Made by a program: the position numbers and the translations under genes. Below the pieces are notes generated by a model, which saw only the letters and a list, made by a program, of their open reading frames with translations, had not been told where the DNA came from and searched no databases. A DNA stretch of 58,323 bases, filler included, from Sphacelaria rigidula (Eukaryota): the NCBI GenBank assembly GCA_964200075.2. It is 7 parts of 7 records of this genome, joined end to end, with 100 filler letters (N's around TTAATTAATTAA, not from the genome) between each part and the next. Parts side by side here need not be neighbours in the genome. Positions count along the whole stretch, not along the records: positions 1 to 8,247 come from CAXNAA020011785.1; positions 8,348 to 16,594 come from CAXNAA020011786.1; 5 more parts are not named here. The stretch is one strand, 5' to 3'. Positions 1-11,385 of this stretch are shown here, piece by piece. Within the stretch, counting starts at the first letter, position 1; each line of letters opens with the position of its first letter.

Positions 1-220
1 TTGTTTACTCTCGTTCAACTAGAAATGAGATCGCGTACTTGTACAATTAAAACAAATGGGGGGGGCGGTGAGCTCCGGTGCGGCGGCAACATTTATGCGG
101 GAGCCGGTCACACGGAAAAGGCTTCATCTGAATATTGTTTTTGCATTGGTGTTGGCATTCCCAGAAACCAAGAAAAACAATCGAGGGGGCAAGCCAGCGG
201 GCGTCGTTTTCGGGGCAGAA

Positions 221-330
221 GGTGTCAGCCCACTCATGCGCAAACCGGACGTTTTTTTCGGGGTCAGTCCACTCATGCCAAATCCCGGAGTCTCCGTGTC
301 AGCCTACTCATGCTCAAACCTGGAGTCTTG
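221..330 (+). repeat. Three degenerate ~35-40-bp repeats (GTCAGCC(C/T)ACTCATGC..AAA.C.GGA), probably subterminal repeats of a non-autonomous element that truncates the Gypsy pol
   Basis: Motif seen at ~223, ~263 and ~297; the Gypsy pol remnant stops abruptly at ~368. Confidence 0.55.
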
Positions 331-367
331 AAGGCGTACGAGAAGGATCTCTGCCGCTAGGTAGCTA

Positions 368-1400
368 ATTACGACTACTTGTACTTGATCAGCCAGCAGC
401 GGGTTTGTGCGAGACGGGCGTGTGGCGATGGGGGGCGTTCCTTATGCCACGTTGATCTTAAACGGAGCCATCGTGCATCGACCCAAATCCAGAGGGGAGG
501 TGGACAATAGCGCGGTATATCGAATCAGAACATCTACAAGTTTGCCAATGACCGCTGCAGTACAACCGGCACCGTCGAGATTGAGGGTGATGTGACAGGG
601 GTGGTGGAACGTCATTCCATAGTCACAAAAACCTTGCTCGCTGCTCAGGCTAGAAACAATCCAACAATATTTGAGGGATGTCGGTTTTCGCGTCGTTATC
701 CGACGCGGTTACAACCATTGTATCAGCTGAAACTGGTCCATTACAATCAGCGTTTTGCTCGACCTCAGTTGGGGAAGTGGTACTGGTGCGGGGACTTATA
801 TCAGAAGAGGTGTACGTGGAAGCGGAGCCGAAGCACACGTCAACAACTGATTGGGTACTCGATCAATGCGGAGACGTCAGAAGTATCGTTGGCGTCCATC
901 CTTCACAAACACATCTTCCTGTCCAAACATATGTGTCGGAGAACGCAACCAGCTACTCTCTGCCCAACGAAACATGGAATGCCATAGCATTGTGTGGAAC
1001 AATCAAAGCCGAAACAGAAGGTCGTGCCATGGGGTGTGTATCGTTGAAGAACTGAACACTCAACCGCACAGCCCGGGTGGTACTCAAGAGTAAAACCTGC
1101 CCGAAGCCACCAAAGGTGCGTGGGAGGTCAGGGGACAGACATTCGTGATCGGCCACGCCGGTGCGGAGCATGTCCTGCCAACAACTGGCGATGAGAAAGA
1201 GCTGAGGGGAGCTCGAGTCCGGTAATACCAGGGCCACAAGTTGATGACTTGCACAAGATCCACTGTATATAAGTCCAACTCTAGTAGTAAAAGACGCATC
1301 GTCTAAGGTGATAACGCCACTCGTAAGATCCGGGCCAATTTTTGGCAACGCAGTGACATGTGTTCGCTGTACCTCCTGAACTTTGCACCGAATATATACT
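368..1400 (-). pseudogene. pol: Degenerate Ty3/Gypsy pol: aspartic protease and start of reverse transcriptase
   Basis: Minus-strand translation PDLTSGVITLDDASFTTRV...VLPDSSSPQ...FGGFG...VRLSVQFF...VSLGR aligns by eye with the LLDSGSPQ protease of contig 2. Near 380-560 it reads LDLGRCTMAPFKINVA*GTPPIATRPSRTNP, the pre-RT motif. Stops and frameshifts are present. Confidence 0.85.
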
Positions 1401-4400
1401 CTGGGGTGGTCTTATGGAGCCTGGGGATGTGGGCACTGGTCTTGGGTGTTCTCCAATGTTGGGGCGTCAGGGCTACGTATCTCGTAAACCGCTATGGGGG
1501 GGCGACTATTGGTAGTGACTGCCGTGGTGGAGGCGGGGTCGGCTGTGATGTCGGCATGGGGGGGCATGCACTGCCAGCTTGGTAGTGGATGTCCCAAGTG
1601 CGGGGTCGGCAGAAATTTCAGCCCTGCACTGCAATGTATCTGCCGAATCATCTGCAGTAGTGGACAAAGGGGTTGACGGTTTTTTGTCGTCGGACGTGGT
1701 TCCGGTGGCTGCACCAGCGGAACTCGCGTCATCAACATCAACATATACAGTGGAAATAGACATGTTTTCCACGAATTTATCGGGAGACACATTGTCGGGG
1801 GCCAAACGTGGAACTACAGGGGACGAATCGTCTGTTACCCGCGTGAGACTGTCGTGGTGTGGGGTTGCCAGTGGCGGACCCGTACGTGAACGCGACAACA
1901 AAGCAACAGTAGGTACGGTGGACTTGTGGCTCAACACGTTTCGTCTCGACCTCCTTTTTGGTGCTGGCTCAGGGGGCAACGGGGGGGGGCAGAGGGCGGT
2001 AGCGGCACATCCTATACCTGAGGCGTACCGTCATGACCTGTCGCTGTTGGGGAGTTCGCGGGAGTATTCGTGACGGTGTGAGCTCTTAGCGTACCGACCG
2101 GGTTACTGCCGGGGGTCCTTCTCCAACCCGTGGAGCAACGGAAAGCGAGGGTTCCCTGTGATCATGATCCACAGTGGAATAACTATGCTCGACTACAAAG
2201 GGGCCCGACGCCCTGTGGACGTCTGGGCTAATATGTACCCCATGGTGGATAGCTGTAGGGGCAGCAACGCAATACCGCCAGACAGCTTCTCTCTCGGCAT
2301 GTGGGTACCTGCAGAAGACGTGGCCTCTCACCCCAATGGTCGGGGCGAAGTTAGCTACCAACAGTTTGAACTATGAAGTGGTACACTAGAGTGATCAATT
2401 CCAATGATGGAACAATATGATTCTCACCGTGAGAGCTATACCCACGTGTAGTTTCGCGGGATCGTGCCTGAGTGGGACCCTTGACCCAGGACTGATTGGA
2501 CCCGTTGTACCCACACCACAAGCCTGAGCTAGCGCCGGCCGACGTTCACTCGGTATTGAGGCGTGGGGCCGCTGGCCGCGTATGAAATAAGACCGCACCG
2601 TATATTTCTTGGTGTGTGGTCGGGAGCCGTGGTTGGCTTGGGTACATTCGCGTGGAACGTTGAATCAACCGAGGCTGAGGGAAAGTTCCCTTCAGGCTGT
2701 GGTTTTCTCTTCTCCTTTTTTTGTGTACCAAGCACCGGGCCTGCTAGCAAGTACGGAGACTGGCACCATGATTTCAGGTGTCGTTGTGAAGGCATGCGAC
2801 CATCGTTTTGTACTCCAGACAGGTTTCAGTGAAAAATTGTCGGGTGGTACCCGGAGTTGTCTGAACAACGTTTTTGGTGGTGCGCGGAGCGCGAAGTACT
2901 GGGCTGGCTACGGTGGTACTTGATACAGTCTGTGTGTATGGGAGTACGTGGGGCTGCTGGCAAGGGTGTTTGGAATCTAGCAAAACAACCTGTGTGGCCC
3001 TCACTTCGGAGAAGCATCGCGATGCAAGTTTATCGATGCCAATCCTTTGATGGTATCGATTTTGAAATACCGTAGTGGTTGTTTTAAAACAAAATACCAC
3101 TGCATTACCCGTGTGCGTCGGAGGGATATTTGTCACGCTGGGGGGAAGTTCAATACAATTCGAGCGGTATGTCGAGGAAGTGTATACAATACATGCCTTG
3201 ACATACAGCTTGTGGCACATGGGGTAACAACCCGAAATTGAAAACCACCCGTCCGTATGATGCATAGGTGCAGAGGTGTGATGCACTGGGATATCCGACG
3301 CGTTTGGCTCGGACAGTGTGCGTGCGCATGATGGTATTAGTCAGTACCGAGTTTCCCATACTTCACCAGCACTTCCTCTCAAATTGCACCCTCACTACGA
3401 AAGTGGGGGAGCTGGACATTTGTATGCTGGTGTACTGTATGTGGAAACTGAGATATTTTACACCAAAGAGCCAGTGGCTCGAACGGGATATCGATCCAAG
3501 CACCACATCTTATATGCGCTGCTTGAAAGCCCAATTCGTGATTGGGACAAAGATGTTTGATGGCCAGACTACTGAACACAAGCGACTACACACCCCCAGC
3601 AGGCTGGGCTGGGTGACGCACGCTTCAAGGTGTACTGGTGTCGAAAATCCACGTGAAAAAAAGACACACCCGGGAGACGGGGCACACGCCTGCGGGATGA
3701 AAATAGTATTGCCGCTGAACGGCTGTGTGTGTAGAACACTTGCGTGAAGTGGAGCCAGACGGAATTGACCCGCAAGCTTCGGTCGGCACCTGAAATATTG
3801 CTCCAACACGAGGGTTGCGCGGGGAAACGTGACTTGTGGTACTCAACCGGAAGGGCGGTACTCGTGTGATGGACTCCAAGAAAAAGAGGCGACCGAACAT
3901 CGTAGAGTGCTACAAACAACTGGTGATGATGGCCGCATTTTTCTATCGGTGGTGGTCCGATACGGAGACTGTGTTGCTACCGTAGTACTCATGTACTGTG
4001 GTGCCGAATAACCCGGACACGTGTACGTATTCGAGAAGATGTGACACTCGACTGTAGCCGTGTTACATGCCTGCGACAAATCAAATCAAACACTCCGGCG
4101 AAGGAACGTTTAAGAGTGTATGGGGGGCAGACACACCAGTCGCTGAACAGCTCGTGGTGCGGGGTTGATGGACCGTACCGGAACCATGACAGCAATGCAC
4201 TATGGCTACAACCTGACTCCAATTTACTGTACTGCAGTGCAGAGTAATTCAGAACAAGCACAAAGAAAAATACTCTTCCGTTCGTGCACGGGGTGCGGTG
4301 TTCCAAGTTACCCTGCGCACTACAGAAAGTTCAGAGAGAGTTCAGTACTGAAGAGTACATGGAACCAAAGCACCCGTACCACAACGCCGGTGCCTCGGCC

Positions 4401-4884
4401 AGGATGTTGATTTGATCACGACCGTTGGCATGGGCTATGGAAACTCGCAGGCCAAACTGAATAGGCCGCTCAAAAATACTGGCAGAGCCACCAGTAGATG
4501 GGACTTGGTGACAGCGATGCCGAAAGTAACGTATCCAATGCTGCCACGAGAAGACAAAATATATACCCGGTACAGGGCATCGTCCATGGAAGTAACGCAG
4601 CTACCGATCAAAGGCTGTATCATGCGTGGGCACATGGAAGTAAGATACACTGTGTTTTCCGGTTGACACACACAACTTGATGTGAGAAGTACCGGACGGA
4701 ACAATTTGGTCCGTATGTACTCCTGTGCTGTGGTGAAGGGTAGCTGTACTGTTACAAACAGAATCTGTATAGTGTTGGGGTTCTCGGCATTGGGCGTCGC
4801 AACTGGCTTACAGACAGGCGATATGTCTCGTGGTCTCGAGCAAGCATCCAGTTGAGTCATTTCATGCGCATGCAAACACGTGAT
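1401..4884 (-). mobile_element. Highly degenerate 5' internal (UTR/gag) region of the same Gypsy element
   Basis: Lies between the PBS/LTR and the protease on the same strand; only fragmented P/S/T-rich ORFs; possible decayed CCHC near 3540-3600. Confidence 0.55.
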
Positions 4885-4897
4885 GACTAATATACCA
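4885..4897 (-). promoter_or_regulatory. Putative degenerate primer-binding site (TGGTATATTAGTC)
   Basis: TGG directly follows the LTR end ...CAACA on the minus strand; only a partial match to the canonical tRNA-iMet PBS TGGTATCAGAGC. Confidence 0.5.
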
Positions 4898-5408
4898 TGT
4901 TGATTATGCCAGAACATGCCTCAACTACACATCTGTTTGTGCACTGAATTCGTTTATCATTATACTATCGTGACGAACATATTTCAAATACTGACGTACC
5001 GAGTATGGTTCAGGGATCCGTACTGTATGGTCTCACCGTGTTCAGCGACCAACCCTCAAAAGCATAGCAAGAAGAAATACGTCCAACGTAGTACAGTGAT
5101 CACAGCTCCAGAAGCGATTCAGTTTCTTTTTCATGGTGGTGGTTTTGATAGCCTCATCAATCAGATTCACATAAGCTCTTTGCTCGTTGTTTGCTCGTCT
5201 TCAAGAGAGTAAAACCAAGGGTTGCAAAGGGTCATGAAAACCACGGTGCGCACGGAAGCGTATCTGTAACCGTTACAACGGACACCACTCCCTCTCCTCT
5301 AGTTGGAATACCCGTAGGTCACATCAACTAGCCCTCCGAGCCCATCAGTCGAATAGCTGGGCTCATCATTGTACTACCCTTCCTCCATGTATGCCGCGAT
5401 ACATAACA
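4898..5408 (-). mobile_element. LTR (511 bp, TGTT...AACA termini)
   Basis: Short terminal inverted repeats. Homologous to the LTR starting at 16113: TGTTATGTATCGCGGCATACATGGAG vs TGTTATGGATCACGACATACATGGAG, with a shared AAACTGAATCG...GCTGTGATCA block. No TSD. Confidence 0.8.
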
Positions 5409-5414
5409 CCCCCC
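5409..5414 (-). promoter_or_regulatory. Putative polypurine tract (GGGGGG immediately 5' of the LTR TGTTA)
   Basis: Minus strand reads ...GATGGGGGG|TGTTATG. Confidence 0.5.
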
Positions 5415-5524
5415 ATCAGACCTAGGGTTGACAAACCCTGGGACTGAACGTGGTTCGACGATGGATCGCCGCGTTACCACATTCTTCGTCCTCGAGTATT
5501 CGACGTCGTTTTCGTGCAGCCGTC

Positions 5525-5718
5525 GATCTTGGTAACCGCTCTGCCGGGTTAGACCACGTAGGTGATTTAAACACCGTACAGAAACGACCCCATCCCGTCC
5601 GGAAAAGTTCTTGATCTTGTTGACCGCTCTGCCGGGTTAGATCACGTAGGGAATTTAAACACCGTACAGAAACGATCCCATCCAGTCCGGAGAAGTCCTG
5701 GATCTTGTTGATCGCTCT
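5525..5718. repeat. 88-bp tandem repeat, ~2.2 copies
   Basis: GATCTTG.T.A.CGCTCT recurs at 5525, 5613 and 5701. Confidence 0.9.
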
Positions 5719-5759
5719 GGGCTCTCCGTAAACCGTTTGCGGATCTTGGTACATCGGGG

Positions 5760-5900
5760 AATCTACCGCGCAATTGAGCCCCTTTCTGCTCGAGATGGTG
5801 TATCAAATGGACGTGGCCTGGTCTGCGGTTAATATAATTCCCACAAGGCATGAAACACATCCAACTGTAACGCAGTGAAACTGTCCAAATCCTCTCCTCT
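5760..5900 (-). pseudogene. Possible C-terminal remnant of a retrotransposon pol ORF
   Basis: Reads DLDSFTALQLDVFHALWELY* upstream of the repeat/PPT/LTR on the same strand; identity inferred from position. Confidence 0.35.
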
Positions 5901-6542
5901 GAAAGCCAGTGTCAGCTCCGTCGTGAAACAACCGTTGATGTTCTCACACTCACGACAATCCTGGGCCCAACACTGCTTTCCTCTCCATCAAAGTATATAG
6001 TAGAGGTGTGGACGCCATGTCCTCAGCCAACCCTAAATCTGCCCCCCCAAGCTAGCTAACAGACCTTGCCTGGAAATGGGTACTGCACAGGAGGCTGTTG
6101 GACGGATCTCGCCCGGCAGAAGGGCGGGGTTCGAGGGTTCAAGGGGTTTCCACTCATTCTTCACCGATTTGGGGTCAGCTATGTGACAATGGACACGTTC
6201 AACCTGCACGCACTTGCCACATAGATGTAAAACACCTATTGAAATAATGATGGATGCTTCATTGCAGTGTATTACAATCTCCATGATTCAAGAGTCACGA
6301 GGGCGGTGTCTGGAAGAAACATTCTCAGGCATCAACGGCGTGAGAAACGATGGAACCAGTACCATGAATAGCAGCGCTTCACCAGTATAATATCGAACAA
6401 AACAAATAAAGGGGAAGGTGAACGGAGGGAACAGCAATATAATCGGACAAAACAGGTTCACGCGTGTGAATTTGGCCAGGGTATCGCGTGTCGGGGACAG
6501 CCAGGTATAAATTCATGGACTCCCAAGGGAATTCTGACTCCA

Positions 6543-6760
6543 TGTCAACCTGTTCGGACAGCACGGGAATTCCTGGGTGCCTGTCAACCTGCTCGCACGC
6601 GAAAGGGAAACTCCTGGTCAACCTGTTCGAAAACATATGGGAAATCCTGGCTCCCTGTCAACCTGTTCGAAAACACATGGGAAATCCTGGATCTCTATCA
6701 ACCTGTTTGCGCGCACAAGGGAAACTCCTGGCCCCCTGTCAACCTGTTCGAAAACACATC
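6543..6760 (+). repeat. Minisatellite, six ~36-41-bp units (TGTCAACCTGTTCG...GGGAAA.TCCTGG)
   Basis: TCAACCTG core repeated six times; an inverted core AACAGGTTCAC lies at ~6451. Confidence 0.9.
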
Positions 6761-7076
6761 GTCTTGAGATCTTGAGCCTTCGTCCTCGCCCATTTTCCTC
6801 TATGCAGTCAAATCCTGCTTGTTCGCTGTATGGTGCAAGCATATATATATATGTATGTTATATACAACTTTCCCGTTCATCCATTCGATGCCCGACTTAT
6901 ATGTTGGCAACTTGCATAGTCTCCACGATAAACACACTATTCGTTCATTACAAGCCAACAACTTTCATCAGATTATTTCCGGTGTAAATCTCGGCAAAGG
7001 AATGTGTGGAGCCCATGGACTCTCAAGACCAGAAGAATGCAGCCTTGACCCCAGGACGGTCATAGCGCGCAGACAG

Positions 7077-7212
7077 GTAGACGGTCATCTTCGAATTGAT
7101 TGTCGGAGCACGCGCATGTAGACGGTCATCTTTGAATGGATTGTCAGGGCGTGCAAAAGTAGACGGTCATCTTCGAATTGATTGTCGGAGTGTGCACGAG
7201 TATAGACGGTCA
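7077..7212 (+). repeat. 41-bp tandem repeat, ~3.3 copies (GTAGACGGTCATCTTCGAATTGATTGTCGG...)
   Basis: Direct inspection. Confidence 0.9.
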
Positions 7213-7595
7213 ACGGGAACTGACGGAGCATCCGTCTGGTGGCCTCAAGCAAACACATTAGCATGCAGCTTCACTCATATCCGCTCAATCGTTGTAGATC
7301 AGGGTTGATTATCACATTTATGAGTAGCTACATAGAAATTGGCAGGTGGGCACCAACAATAATTGTTGAGGAGCAACTGTTGCACGCGTCATGCAGTCCT
7401 GTGACCCACTGCTGCGGGTAATATTAATCAAATAATAAATAATGGTATGTTCAACGGTGCACCTGGGAACAAACATCCACATATTCACAGTCGAATGGTA
7501 AGCTAGAAGTGCATGGTGGGGTTTGATCTCTTAGAACTGAAACAACTTCACATAACTCTCCATTTGTTTTACACATGCATGGCTCGCATAATCTC

Positions 7596-8247
7596 TTTGA
7601 AGATATCTACCAAGGGCGCAAGCTATCAAACAGGGAGAGCCACGTAGAGGTTACATCCATTTTCCCTGACAATAAAGCATTCCGAGCCTTAATGATTTGC
7701 CCCCCCTGACCAGGGGGTAGGGTGAATACCTCATGTTTCGTTCATTCAAGCCTCGCAATTTATGTTCACGGCTAATCGGTACCGTGCCTGGTGGCATGTA
7801 TGCAGACAGTATAGCATTACGGTTAGACAAACAGATTTCCGTGCATTAGTGGACGGCAGCGTAACAATGTCATTATCTATCAGTTGCATACACGTTCATG
7901 TACGAGGCGCGGTTATTAGGTGCACACGGAAACAATCACCCATATATTGGAAGTCGTGAAGTAAAGTCAAAGTACATGATTGGGTCTGATTTCTTTAAAA
8001 TCGGAGCAGACATCACATAGCCCCGAAGTTCTCAAGCATGTATGACTCGCCCATACCCTTTGGAGCTATCCACCAAGGGTAAAACTATCAATCAGGGGGA
8101 ACCACGTTGAAGTGACATTCAATTTCCATGACAATAACACACATTTAACGCATCAATGATCTGCTCCCCCCCTGACCGGGGTAGGGTAAATACCCCATGT
8201 TGATTCAAGCTTCGCAATTTCAGTTCACGACGAGTCGGCTCACATGG
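7596..8247. repeat. Diverged direct duplication with ~460-bp period (7596-7790 vs 8058-8247)
   Basis: Shared blocks CCAAGGG...CTATCAA, TGACAATAA, CCCCCCTGACC.GGGGTAGGGT, ATTCAAGC.TCGCAATTT. Confidence 0.8.
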
Positions 8248-8347
8248 NNNNNNNNNNNNNNNNNNNNNNNNNNNNNNNNNNNNNNNNNNNNTTAATTAAT
8301 TAANNNNNNNNNNNNNNNNNNNNNNNNNNNNNNNNNNNNNNNNNNNN
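8248..8347. other. Artificial contig linker (44N-TTAATTAATTAA-44N)
   Basis: Six-frame stop linker flanked by N runs; an identical structure recurs every ~8346 bp. Confidence 0.99.
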
Positions 8348-8399
8348 CGATTTACGTGAAGATTTTGCCTCTCAAAACCATGCACTTTTTTGGGGGGGG

Positions 8400-9115
8400 C
8401 TATCGTAGAAAGTGTCCCGGATGCAGGCCTGCTGGCGAAATGGAATGCCTCAGAAAATCCAAGTCAGCCGCGCGAAGGCGAGCTTTGGATGGGGACAGTT
8501 TCAAATCGTGTGTGCGTAGGCGAGAGAGACATTTTCGTAGAGTGCAGATATGTGCAACTGGTGAGGCATCGAAAGCGATAGCATTACCCAGGTACATGAT
8601 GATGTGCTCGAGGCCCTCGGTGACGCGCTGCATTAACCGTTGGAAACATCCCGGGGCAGTGGCGGCGCCTGGTGGCATCCGAAGCCACTCATAGAGTCCG
8701 GACGAGGTACAAAAGGCCGTTAGTAGGACTGTGTCAGGGTGTATGTCATTCTGAAAAAATCCAGAAGCAAGGTCGAAGGTGCTGAATATTTCTCCTTCGC
8801 CTAAGGAGTCCTAGACTTCATCAATGCGGGGAATTGAAAGTTTACCGACTACAGTGACACGGTTCAACCGTTGATAATTAACGGTAATGCGTATGTTTCC
8901 ATCCTTTATGGAGACAACCACGAGTGGCGAGGCCCAAGGAGAGGAGGACTGTTGTATTTATCTCGCTCCCAAATTCGCATCCAAGATGACGTTAACCTTC
9001 TTGGTAAGGATTGGGTTTGTGCGGTATGGTCGAGAAGAGATCGGCGAGACGCCGGGTTGGAGGGTAACCTCGAAGGGTAGCGTTTTGCAATGCCCAAGAT
9101 CCGTCTTGGATCGGG
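8400..9115 (-). pseudogene. pol: Reverse transcriptase domain, inactivated
   Basis: Motifs SRPYRTNP, SSSPWASPLVVV, RITVNYQRLN, IPRIDEV*, FSTFDLASGFFQ, TAFCTSSGLYEWLRMPPG. The catalytic YLDD reads YLGN at 8583-8594, and there are internal stops. Confidence 0.93.
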
Positions 9116-9819
9116 AAAACGGTCTTGGTACTGTAGCAGGACATCACTGAGTTCTCGGATGACTGCCGGTTCCCAGCCGGGCCCATGAAGGTCAAAATTG
9201 ATGCCGCGCATGTGTGGTGGCAGTTGGTGCCACATCTGCAAGAAACTATTCCGAGAATCTGGTGATAAGCGTTGAAGCACTTCAGTAGGAGGGTCGAAAA
9301 TTGGCTGGGCAGGATCCACGGTGTGGACCTGGGGAGGAGTCGCAGAGGCGCGGTCGAAATAAGGTTTATCGACACAATGGACTGACTCCTTCAGAGATGT
9401 GGTATTTGGCGCGGCAGGTTCTGTTACGCACGTCTCGAGTGGGATGTGCATCAGGGGAGCAGCGGCGGTTCCTAAAATATCGCCGGGTTCCAAGTTAGCG
9501 TGACCCGTAAGAGGGAGGAGTTGTTGTCCCGCCGACACAAAATGTTCTGTGTCGGCTGGTGCGCCAATACGGGGTAAGATTTCGGCAAGATAATGACCCG
9601 TAAGTTCTGGCATGCCATTTCGGCGATCTAGTGCAACTTCTACAAGTTGAGGGTCGTCGGAAAGTATAATACCAACGCTACCGTTGTATCGTAGGTGGTA
9701 AGCAGCCCCGGTTGCTTGAGTATTCTTCTGGTAGGCCAGGGCGCCGTGGAGAGTACCAAAGTGCTCGAGGTTGATTCTCCTCGAGGCGTGGAATGTGGCG
9801 ATAGCGGTGGAAGAGTGCG

Positions 9820-10240
9820 GTAGGTGCGCTTATGAAACCGCATATAGCTATCTCTGCACAGTAATATGGCGTGGTGCATTGTGTTGTCAGGAACAATGTA
9901 GGCCCAGACTGACAGGCTGGCTGATCGTGTGGTGTTGTGAAAGAGTTGCACACTGAGACGTACGGATTTTCGTGTGATCAGGGGTGCGGCAGAATCACCG
10001 AAACCGCCCCATACTCGAAGTTGGGTGGTGGTTTCGCAAGCTGCAGTAGCAGCGCCAGTCTGTTTCATGTGTTCCCATGTTGATTATCGAATAAATGTTT
10101 GCGGGCTGCCGCTGTCCAACAAGGATACGCATTTCGTGAGCGTGGTAGCGTTTGGACCAGAATGGATCGCAACGCGTGTAGTGAAAGTGACCGGATCCAC
10201 AGACACTTTACCGCCGACAAGATCCGGACCGTTCTGGCAA
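9820..10240 (-). pseudogene. pol: Retropepsin-like aspartic protease
   Basis: LLDSGSPQTFI active-site motif, WGGFG flap, and AILLCRD matching the ILLGRD motif; one internal stop. Confidence 0.88.
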
Positions 10241-11385
10241 GGTAAATTGGTCAGGATCAGCGGGGCTGACAGCGAAAACGCACGGCGGGTGATCCGCCGG
10301 TGGGTGAGATTTCTCACCATAAAAAAGTGTGGACGGTATACTATTTCCAGGTGTGGCACGGTCAGAATGACCGTTGGAGATTTCGTAAATGACCGTCTTT
10401 GGTTGACAGGGATCACCGTCCAAGGGGGATCCAGAATGTGCGGGGCTGGAGTCGTCGATTGAAGAAGTAGTGCCGTCAGAATGATTTGATTTAGTTTTTT
10501 CCGGGATACTTCATAGAGCCGTCGAACTCAAAGACGTCGCGTTTTGGAGAGACTGAGGTCGAGGATTTCCGCTCGAAAGAGGTGTACGTGATGATGTGCG
10601 CGCGTCCTTGGGGGCATGCTTACGGGACTTTCTCTTTCGCCGTGACAAAGGTCGGGGAACTTCCAAAACATTTTGGGATGAAACCACAACTACGTCCAGT
10701 TGCGTGGGTGGGGTCAGGCGCATGACGGAGCGAAACTTGTGGGCTGCTTTCCGTAGGCAAGCTTGGCTGGTGGGTCATAGCCGAAGATATGTTGGGGCGG
10801 TTGTTATTAGAACCGGCCGAAGGTAGGTCCGTGCGTCTTGAGAATCGCGGGGAAGGAGCTCGATCCAACTGATTGGGAATTACATGATCCGATGTGGTCA
10901 AGTTCAAATCAGCAACACCTGGGGCAGCTGAAGAAGGCTTGCTACTACCTGTGCGTGCGGTCGCTGAAGGAAGCCTTTGCCTCAGGGACTGGCGGTTGGT
11001 CCTCTCACACCTCAGACTCATACTCGGCACTGAAGGACCAAATTCAAGGCCGGGTGTAGGTCTGAGTCGCGGGGTGACACAACTGTTACGCGGTGTGTGG
11101 AGGGGTGAAGACGGGGGTTCGATATGAACGGCCGTCAGTTGCGCTCCTGCATAGTGCCAGGGAAGCCGGGCGAACAATCTTAGTCGCGGGCTCTGCGAGC
11201 TGTGTTTAAAAGTGTGTGGAGGTTGGAGACGGGGGTCGATTTGAACGGCCGTCAGTTGCACTCCTGGATGATGCTGGGGGAGTCGGGTGAGCAATTTTAG
11301 TCACGGACTCCGCGGGCTGCGTTGAGAAAGCCTTCGCTCGTGCTGTCGGCGGCGCGGAAGACTTTAGAACGCCGGCGTTGGCACG

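Noticed and set aside
6543-6760. CRISPR-like array
   Set aside because: The variable parts are short and similar to each other rather than unique spacers; there are no cas genes and the context is eukaryotic. It is a minisatellite.
7077-7212. CRISPR-like array
   Set aside because: Only three 41-bp units with ~11-bp variable parts; an ordinary tandem repeat
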